NCBI GenBank assembly: GCA_964106645.2
Contig: OZ067043.1
DNA length: 64,000 nt
Origin: Podarcis pityusensis
Taxonomy: Eukaryota
Strand: one strand, 5' to 3'
The position numbers and the translations under genes are program-made. The notes under the pieces were generated by a model that worked only from the letters and a program-made list of their open reading frames with translations, did no database searches and was not told the origin of the DNA. Each line of letters opens with the position of its first letter. The first letter of the stretch is position 1. Below, piece by piece: positions 1 through 9,803 of the stretch.

Positions 1-1088
1 TTAAGCTGTCATGGAAAGAGTTGGTGGTGGCCTGAGGAAAGGGCATGTGTCTGGGAAAGGGGTGTGGCATGGGGAGAGCCCCAGAGGGCAGACAGGCTTG
101 GAGGGTTCCCCACCCTGTTCTAAAGACTGCTGCAATACTTGTCCATGCTCAAGGAACTACCTCCTTACTCAATTTCCTCCCTGGCACTTCCTATAATTAC
201 AGGATACTTCAGAAATAAACTTTTCCTCTTGCTGCTATGATTGTACCACTCCTCTATTGAATTCCATTATATGTCTTCCTATAATTATCTAAAATGAACC
301 TTAACATGCCATTCCACTCAAAATTACTCAACACTGATGACATATCCTTAAAGATCCTTTATCTGTCTTGGGTGAAAACCAGTGTGAGGTTGCCGTGCAA
401 TACATTTCTGTGTTTGGACCTAGCTAAAAGGGCTGATACGTTCAAACGTTTACACACACACAGTATCATTTGATGACTGCAACATTGTGTGATGTGTATG
501 CAATTGCACCATCTCAGAGTCGGATCGCCCACCGTGTCACATATCGTTGCAATGCTTTTAAACAGAGTCAGTTTATTGTGACCATCACAAGTGTGTTCAA
601 ATCAAATACAATACAAGGATATTTTATTGTACCACAAAATACTGCCTTGCAATACATTGCAGACAACCAACCCGATCCACAAGGATAGTATGTAATAATT
701 TGATATGCATTATTTATTTACAACATTTATACAGCGCTTTTCATAATGACTTCAAGGCAGTTTACCAAAATGTCAGCATATAAGCTAAACTTAAGTCATA
801 CGCAGCATGACTCACCTTTACAGTTCATCCATTAATTGCTTAGAATTTGCAGACAAATCTTATCTGTGTCCACTCCAGACAAGCTTACTTTAAGAATTAG
901 ATAGCAGACATCGAGCTGAAACTTTGCAGGATAACCTGATTATTTTGACCAGATATGCACCAAAAGGGGCCAAGGGATGATAAAGCACACACTGGCCGAT
1001 CTCTTAGGAACAAAGGGACGCAACGCAAAAATAAAAAAGGGGTTTGGGAAAAGCAAAGGGGTGCTTGCATGAGAGTTTGAACTGCATC

Positions 1089-1865
1089 GGAGGGGAGGAG
1101 GGCACCAGAGTCGTGGAAAGAAGCATATATTACACTTGTACCAAAAACAGAGGCTGAAAAGACACAACTAAAGAACTACCGCCCAATATCATTACTTAAT
1201 GTGGATTATAAAATTTTTGCAGATATTTTGGCAAAGAGATTTAAAAAAGTGCTGTTGGAAGAGATTCATAAAGACCAAGCGGGCTTTCTCCCAGGAAGAC
1301 ACTTGTCTGATAATCTGAGGAATATAATTGATATTTTGGAAAAACTAGAAGTGAATATAAACACTAAAGCAGTGTTGATATTCGTAGACGCGGAGAAAGC
1401 CTTTGACAATATTTCTTGGAATTTTATGAAGAAGAATCTCCAGGGTATGGGGGTAGGCCAAGGTTTTGAGAATGGTATAAGTGCAATTTATTCAGAACAA
1501 AAGGCTAAACTAATTGTAAATAACGTTGTGACGGAAGAACTTAAAATTGAAAAAGGGACACGACAAGGTTGCCCAATTTCCCCTCTTCTTTTTATTTCGG
1601 TCCTGGAGGTGTTGCTGAATATGATTAGAAGGGACCAGATGGTTAAAGGTATACAGGTCGGAACTAAACACTATAAATTGAGAGCATTTGCAGATGACTT
1701 AGTATTGACGTTACAGGAGCCAGAATCTAGTACAAAAAGGGTTTTAGAACTGATTCAAGAATTTGGTCAAGCGGCAGGATTTAAATTGAACAAATCAAAA
1801 ACCAAGGTTTTAGAGAAAAATTTAACACCGTTTGAAAGAGAGATTAAAAATTTTTTTAAAAAAAA
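1089..1865 (+). mobile_element. L1-clade LINE fragment containing only the ORF2 reverse-transcriptase domain, with A-rich tail and 11-bp TSD
   Basis: Frame open 1081-1929 with WKEAYITLVPK, NYRPISLLNVDYKI, QAGFLPGR, DAEKAFD, GTRQGCPISPLLF, FADD and GFKLNKSKT motifs. TGAACTGCATC is repeated at 1078-1088 and 1866-1876. Confidence 0.92.
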
Positions 1866-1929
1866 TGAACTGCATCAAGCAACAGGGATCCTGCATGAAC
1901 TAACGTGCAGCACATTCTTCCGAACGTGA

Positions 1930-3150
1930 GCACACAGCTGCGCGCGCGCGCAGGTTACACGCGCAGCGATTTCCAGCTGCGTCCTTGCTTGCGGCGGGAG
2001 GTTGACGCCTCCCCCTCCATTTCTTTGCAATGCCCGAGTCCTCCCCTCTTAGGCGGCTGGCAAGCCAGTTGTTTGTCCTCCTCGCGCGCCGAGAAGGGTT
2101 TCCCCAAAGCCTCCAAATTGCCCTCTGGCGACTCCGCCTCCCAGAGGCTCGCGCGGCTGCTTGCTCCCTAGGCGGAGCGGTGCCTACCTAGCAAGCCTCG
2201 CCTGGGCTTCCGCTTGGAAACGGAGAAATAAACGAGGAGCGGCGGCGGCGGCTCTCTCCCCGCGGCGCCGATCTACGACGCAGCCGCGCCTGAGGAGGCC
2301 GGCCAGGCTTCCCCGCTTGTGCCGCAGTGCCGTGCGCTGCCTCTGAGGCCAGCCAGGGGGCGCTGGTTGCCGGCAGCTGAGGCGGCCTCGGAGCGGGCGA
2401 GGGAGCCCAGCCAGCCAGGAGAGGAGGCAGCCTTCGCCGTCGGGAACAGGCGGGCAAGCGGGAGGCCGGGCAGGCGCAGCGCTGGCCTTCCTTGAGCTCG
2501 GGAAGAGGCCTGCCCGGGAGCCGAGCGAGGGGAGCCTCTCCGACATGCAGGCCCGGCGGCGCTCGCTGCTGCCGCCGCCTCCCGAGGTGAGTAAGCTGCT
2601 GGCCGCCTCCCGATTTAGCCGGTCTCCGCCGGGCCGCTAAGGCCGGGCATCCTCTCCCAGGCCCCTGTGGGGCGGCGTGAGAAGGGAGGCTCTCTTGGTA
2701 GGGGGCCGCCCCACGGCTCCTGAGGAGAGGAAGCTGAGGGAACCTTCCGCCAGAGAGGGTGGCCCAAAAGGGGCGAGAGGCGACATAACTGAGGGTCGGA
2801 GCGCGTTCGTCCACAGCACACCTTGGGTCAGTTCCGCCGCCCCCCAACCTTAGGGGCGCGAGTTTCCCTCCTTCCTACTAGGGATCATGAAAGCCTCGGG
2901 ACCTTGAGAATAGAGGCAGGCGAGGAGCTTCTCGTCCCGGCTTATCCCTCGCCTTGTTTGTCTGGCTTGTCCTGATGGAGCGGGTTGGGGGGAAGAGAGC
3001 CCTGCTCCCTTCATGGCAACCGGGAAGCCTTCCGCGAGGAGTTCCTGTCTTCTTGTTTATAGCGCTTCCCACCCCTCTTAATATCTCAGGGGGCGAGCGA
3101 GAAGACGTGGCAGCCCCCCGCGCCGCCGCCCCAAACAAACAAGCGAGCAA
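1930..3150. promoter_or_regulatory. ZFYVE9: CpG island / promoter of ZFYVE9
   Basis: Very GC- and CpG-rich stretch in AT-rich surroundings. It contains a (CG)n run at ~1939-1951 and the exon 1 donor GAG|GTGAGT at 2586/2587. Confidence 0.88.
2220..2586 (+). other. ZFYVE9: ZFYVE9 exon 1 (5' leader; start approximate), carries the uORF ATG at 2545
   Basis: Consensus donor GAG|GTGAGT inside the CpG island. The transcription start cannot be determined from sequence. Confidence 0.7.
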
Positions 3151-6100
3151 GCCTTCTCATACCGCTTCTGTTAATTAGTAGATTCCCCTCCCCCATACAT
3201 CCAGCCCCCCTCCCCCGTAGAGCATATGCATCGCCTTTTCACACTCCTTGCTTGTTTTTGCAGTTGTGCATTCTTGCATCCCCTTTCTTTCCTGTCCTGC
3301 TGCTTTACAGGCAGCTCCCATTTGTTCGCAGCCCAAGTTTCTCATACTGGATCTGACGGGAATATTGCTGTCAAGGTGTCCTATTTTGTGCCCGAAGTAC
3401 CTTCCCTTGCTCTGGCGTCGTTTGTTGCAGTCTGTTCACTATTTAAATAATTTGAAACGTGCCATAACTGCCGAAATAGAGCGCTTACCAGGAGGCAAGG
3501 TTACTTTTAATTGTGTGTGTTGTTGCGCTCACTTGAGTGATACTCACCTTGGTGATAAAATTCAGGTATTTTTTAGTTCTGTGGATGTGGGTAAGTAGGT
3601 CCAGATGACTGGTTGCAATGGAGGGACTGCATATCTTGTAACATGAATAACTGATGGGAATTACCTTGATAAGTTTGAATGTTTAGGTATTTTGCATATA
3701 TGTAAACAAATAGTATTTGCATGTACCGAAATAGAAGTATATATGACAACAGAATATATTTATTAATATATTTAAACAAGGTGAAGTTCCACATGTAAAA
3801 TGTCCACAAAACTTGAATGGTCTTGGGGTGTTAGTGCAGATTTTCATATCTGAACCTGCTGCTATTTATTTGTGACTTAAGATGGATGCAAAATTTCAAA
3901 GAGCCTGGTAGAGTGAGTAAGGGAAACATGGAGGTCACACTAAAGGTTATAAGGACAGCAGGTTGATTATTTTTAGCACATAGACATCTAGAAGGATAAT
4001 ATATTTATTATGTAAAATATCAAAATCTGAATATAGGTGCATGAAAGTGGAGTGCTTATTTGGATTGTACTGAAAACTGTTAGGTTGTCTGAGCTTGGCC
4101 CAACATAGATAAAACTGCTTTTATTGATCAGCAACACAAAAATGCACATATGTGGTAGTGAATTAGTGTTTGTTTCTCTGGTGTGGATTTAATATCACAT
4201 GCCTTATATCAGTATAATTTAATGGCCAGGATTTACTAAACTAAAAATGTATTTACACTTGATTAAACTTAGTACAGTAGACAAAAAACTTTAGATTTTG
4301 ATATCTGGTAAATGCTGGCACAATTAAGAGGGCTCTTCAATGGCCCAGAGGTCCTTTAAATGTTGCTCAGCTGCACAGAAGCATTTCATTAAAAAAGCAG
4401 CTCTCACTTGACCAAAATTTAAAGGGCCCCATAGAGATCTGGTTTTTTAAAAGCAACTTTACTTCACTGATAATTGCAGCATGTCTCATGGCATCAAATC
4501 TAGGCTTTGGTTTAGTCTCATGCTTGAAATCTTACTGAAATTTATTTAAAGATTGTGAATGTCTATGCTGTTTCTTTTTAAAAATGCAAAATATTTAATC
4601 CTTCCATAATCCATGAAGCTCTAAATCTAAGCAAATATAATTTAACATATAACTTAGGCAGGCTTTACATTATTTTAATAAATTAATTCTTAGTGCATAA
4701 GTAAAGGATGAACTATTCAGAGCAGATGCTTTTCAGCATGTATTTTAGCATTTGTGTTCTCATTGTTCTTTTACATTTGAAAATGAAAGTGTATATCTAG
4801 ACCACTGGGCTCCTTAGATGAAAAATGTAAATGGATGCAGAAATATATGCTGAAGTCAACAGGCAAATAATATGCCTTACTAGAGCAGGATTGCTAACAG
4901 CTAAGAATTTTTATGCCAACATCTAACTGTTTGGATAAAGTATAACTAACAATATTTATTTTGGAATAATATTTCAAAACAGGCTTACAGGTAAATATTT
5001 AGGATTGGAATAGCAGAAACAGTGATAAAGTATGTATGTATCCCTGTAGTTGTGAATGGTCCTGTGCGAAGGGTTATGGAAGAACTTTAATCTACTTAAG
5101 CTGCGGTCTTAACACACACCTACAAGGAAATAAACCTAATTAAACATAGTGGGATTTACTTTTAGGTAAATATGCATAGAATTGCTTTGTTAGAGCTGGA
5201 AGGTTATAACTTGACCAATCTGCCTCATAAGAGCCTGCTGGATGTAGTCTAGCACCCTGTCTCATAGTGGTCAACCAGCTGCTCTAATGGAAGCCCATAA
5301 GCCATGTTAAAATTATCAGTTTATACCACCTTTGTATAAGCAAAGTTATGGATATTAGGGCGCTATACTATACTTTTTTCATGGTGCTGGTATTAAGGCA
5401 GTTTTTAACCCACCAGCCCAAGCATGCTTAAGTTAGTAGTTTGTGGTTTAAAATAAAAATAAACAGTTTATTTGTTGTAAATATCCTTATCAAGTGGCTT
5501 GAAGGCAATTTTTACTCACACAGGAGACCAAGCAGCTATTTACAAGCCCTATACAAAGGTGTTGAAACAAGTCTCTAGTAATTTTGACTTCTTTTTGCTA
5601 AATGAAACCTGGGAGTAGATGCAAAGGTTTTTGGAGCGTGTGGCCACAAGTGAAATTTTGGAAACTGTTTGAAATGCTCAGTGAACAGTAGTTGCCTAAA
5701 CCTTTTAATTTATGTAAGAAGATGTGAAAGATCGAAGCAAACAGTGTTTCTCTGCCGATGGAAGGCATTTTTTATAGAACTAGAGGGCCGGCAATTCTTC
5801 CTCCCTGCCTGCTCCCCAAAATTTGCTGAGGTTTTGGGGAACCCCTTGGAGCAAATTTCTGGGGGTTTGCAGGAGGGAATTTATTTCCTTCACCAATGAG
5901 GGAACACCAATTGAATTCTATTCAAAATAATACAGTATTTAATTTTCTCCATCATTGTGTGTTTAGAAGGACTATAGGTAGCTGTCTTATACAAGTCAGA
6001 CCATTGGTCCACCAAGCTTAGTATTGCTGCTAATGGTGTCTCCAGGTAGGGCTGGAAAAGACTCCTGACTGAAACACTGGAGAGCCAGTTCCTAAAAGCC

Positions 6101-9100
6101 AAGCTCTAGCAGCTATGTAGCTTAGGATGCAGGTTTAGCTGCTACTGAAGTAGAGTCATAGGGTGTGATTGATTATGATTACATGTATGTTTATTTTAAT
6201 TCACAGTAAGTCTCTCTTCAAGATGACCAATCACAATAAGCATATGAGGAAAATAGTTGAGTCATAAGTACTGTGACCTATTTATTTGTTTAAAGTATTT
6301 ATTTCCTGCCCCTTCATTGTAAAAGCAGTGCTCAGGATATGAAAGAAACAAAATAAAATTGCATATTTTTAAACAAGCAAGATTGGGGAATATCACAGCA
6401 GGGTTGTGGGGTCAGTACAATAAAAGTGTGTGGAGTCAGTACAATAAACACATCCGTCCAACAGGCCAGACTTGCCCCAGAACACAAGTGTCTTCACTAT
6501 GTACTAGACAATTATTTGGGTGAAACAAACCTCCTTTGAGTAAGAACTTTCACAGCTTAGATGTGATCCCAAGAAGATTGTCTTCCACATCTCAACCAGG
6601 AACCTCTCTTCCACTGGTAGAACATAGAGAAGAATCTCTCCTGGAGATGTTAATGAGGAGAACTGCTCTGATTGGAGGAGGCAGTCCTTTAGATTAAATA
6701 ATAAATCTTTAGATAAAGGTAATTAACAGTAGCTGGAATTGTAAAGAAGTTTGCGCAAGTACGCTTTCCCAACGGAATATATATTGTATGTTTTTGATTA
6801 AACAAAAATAGCTTTTAAGAGCAAGACCCTAATTATATACAGACTTTGCAAGTTCCTGTCAATGGGACTTGCTTACCAGTACTTCAAAGATTCAGTACTG
6901 GTAGGTTAAGCCTATTTTGAATAATGGGAAAATAATGGACTTTTGTAGAAAAAAGAATGCTTTGCTCTCAAACTCCTTAAAGGCATCTGGCCTCAGAAGG
7001 TCCGGCCTTTGTATTCTGTTTGTAGACATCTTTTTAGTAATAGCTGTGGAAATTGAGCTTCATTAAATGACCCATTTAATTTTTTTTAAACGAAACCTTC
7101 ACTGCCTCCATCTAATTAACTAAGAAGTTGAGTGGAAGGTTTGTTTTAGTTCAGTCTGTCAGCTCCTATGGTGAGATTGTACTGCTACTTTACAAATTAT
7201 TTTTTAAAAAAACAGATTAGTTTATGTGCTGTGGAAAACAAAGCATGTATCCAGAAATGTAATAAAAGGCAGTGTGTGTTTTTGTCTTGGTGCAAATGTT
7301 AAGAAAGCTGGTCCATATGTCAGCTTCTTAGTGAGTGTACCTGAGGCAAGTACTCATGCTGCAAATTTTGCATAGTGTGTATGTGGGGGGAGGATAATTC
7401 CTGTCTGGTTCACCTCATACAGTTATCTGTCACATTTGTTTCAGTTGAGAGGAACAGCTGGCCTAGAGGTGCTGTTTTTACTGCAACTGGTACTTATAAA
7501 CTAAAATAGGAGGTCCTATATATTTTTTGTGTTTGCATACTGTTGTGACTTCTTGGATAAGCATTGTTTACTTTTTGTGGTCCATTACTTTCAATTGCTT
7601 TAGTGCAGATCTAGGCCAGTACAAAAGAAGAAGGGTTAAATGCATGTCTCAAGCACAATAGCTTTTGTTTTGTCACTGGAGTGGCAGATGGGAAACCAGA
7701 ATCTCTTACATTCCCGCATACATTGACTATGGGGGAGAGGCATTTACCATCAGCTGATGATCTTAAAATTAGACTTCATTTGAGCCTGTGCTTCTTGAGT
7801 GTTCTGTAATAAAAAGCATGTTTATTGTATCAATGCACTCTTAAAATTTTATACAGATGATTACATTTTGAGCTAATGTATGCTGTAGAATCATCTTCTA
7901 AATTGACTGAAATTCATATAAATATATGAAGTAAACCTATGAATTGGTTGTATTTTGCTTTATTGCACAGTATTCAAATACATCAATTTTCTAGATATGT
8001 TAAATGTCTCTTCTGGTATACAGCCTTTTTTGTTAGAACATCTGTAACTGTCAGAAACCTCTGTGTTGATCCCCCCCATAATATAGCAAACATAGAAATC
8101 TGTAACGTTCCCTGTAAAAGGCAGATCAAAGTGCTGTACAAATCTCCTAATAGCTGTGCCTAGCTATGAAAGACACTTCCTCGTTATAAACACTTTCATA
8201 TTTTCTGATTTCACTTTGCTGTGTCAAAATTTTGCTTTGAACTCACTCGTAGCTGTGTTCACCTAGCTGGCTGTACGCTGTTTGGTATACAATTACTATG
8301 TAGGATCAGTAGGATGAAAGCTTGTTTAGATGTTTAGTTGTCTTATGTTTGCAGTACTGTTCGCACCAACATTCTAAAATTCATAAGACTGAAGTTAATT
8401 ATTCTGCATCTCCCAGTCCTTACATCACTCCCTGTCCTCCTATTCATTCTGCTATTAAATTGAGAGTGAATATGGCATAATGATTCTTTTGTGTTGTTTA
8501 TCTCTTCACCTTGTTGTCATGGTGCCATGCCCTTTTGCTGGATATTCTGCATCCTTGGTGTACCTTGGCTCATGGGACTATTGGGTCATGAATACAGTGG
8601 TGCCCCGCAAGACGAATGCCTCGCAAGACGAAAAACTCACTAGACGAAAGAGTTTTCTGGTTTTTGAGTCGTTCCGCAAGACGAATTTCCCTATGGGCTT
8701 GCTTCGCAAGACGAAACGTTTTGCGAGTTTGTTTCCTTTTTCTTAAAGCTGCTAAGCCGTTAATAGCCGCTAAGCCGTTAATAGCCGCTAAGCCGCTAAG
8801 CCGCTAATAGCCGTGCTTCGCAGACGAAAAAACCGCAAGACGAAGAGACTCGTAGAATGGATTAATTTCGTCTTGCGAGGCACCACTGTAATCTTCATGA
8901 GAAGAAATGTTTTATGTATATGCCTGCTGCACATTGAAACGCCAAAATAAGCCTTTCCCCAGATAGCCTTTTAGTAAAATGTCTACTCAACACAAAATAT
9001 GCATAGTACTCAACTTATCACCACTTCGGCATAACATCCATCACTCATTTTCACTATATAATTGCACTTTGCTCTACTCATGCTTAACTCTGATCTAATT

Positions 9101-9758
9101 TCTCTCCACCTCTCCACATTTGGCCTCCGTAATTATTGATCATAGAATTGTAGAGTTGGAAGGGATAACGAGGATCATCTAGTCCAACCCCCTGCAATGC
9201 AGGAATCTTTTGCCCAACATGACCCTGAGAGTTTCATGCTCTACTTACTGAGGAAGGGAGAACAATGTTGAAAGTCTCTATTGATGATGGAACCAGAAAT
9301 TGGAAAAAGCAGCACAAAATATGTTGACCAGGGACTGCGTCATAGCATAGGAAAGGTAGAGAGTAGGGCTGGGTTATAAATCAGTATATCATCCCAAACT
9401 GTTTTTGAATTCACATTGTGATAACTGTTTTGACCTGGCAATATATCACGAGGGAAATTTGGACAAAACAATTGGAAACTGATGACTTCCCCATGAGGTG
9501 GCTCAGCTGAACCAAGACTTTTCTCTGCAGGAAGGGGAGAATCGCTGCTGCTGGGATTAAAATATGTAGAGCAGGGGTACTCAACCTTTTTATACCTACT
9601 GCCCACTAATGCATCTTTCTTGATGGTAAAATTTCCTTGCCGCCCACCAGTGCTCGATGGAAGGAGGATTCAGCTTGTGCCGTAGAACCCCCTACCGCCC
9701 ACCTAGAATCCTGAAACGCCCACTAGTGGGCGGTAGGAACCAGGTTGACAACCCCTGA

Positions 9759-9803
<45 letters not shown>

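Noticed and set aside
1201-1929. 242-aa ORF as a host or domesticated RT gene
   Set aside because: It starts at GTG, is bounded by a TSD and A-rich tail, and its C-terminus is read-through into flank. It is a retrotransposon fragment.
1905-3178. Several overlapping ORFs of up to 219 aa on both strands
   Set aside because: Expected from stop-codon scarcity in a CpG island. Low-complexity R/P/A/G translations with no domain.
6848-6905. Two small hairpins (GCAAGTTCC...GGGACTTGC and TACCAGTACT...AGTACTGGTA)
   Set aside because: Stems of about 10 bp, probably remnants of old palindromic repeats. Too weak to call.
8595-8888. Reiterated CGCAAGACGAA motifs resembling a CRISPR-like array
   Set aside because: Short, irregularly spaced and enclosed by TIRs with a TA duplication. 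These are MITE subterminal repeats in a vertebrate genome.
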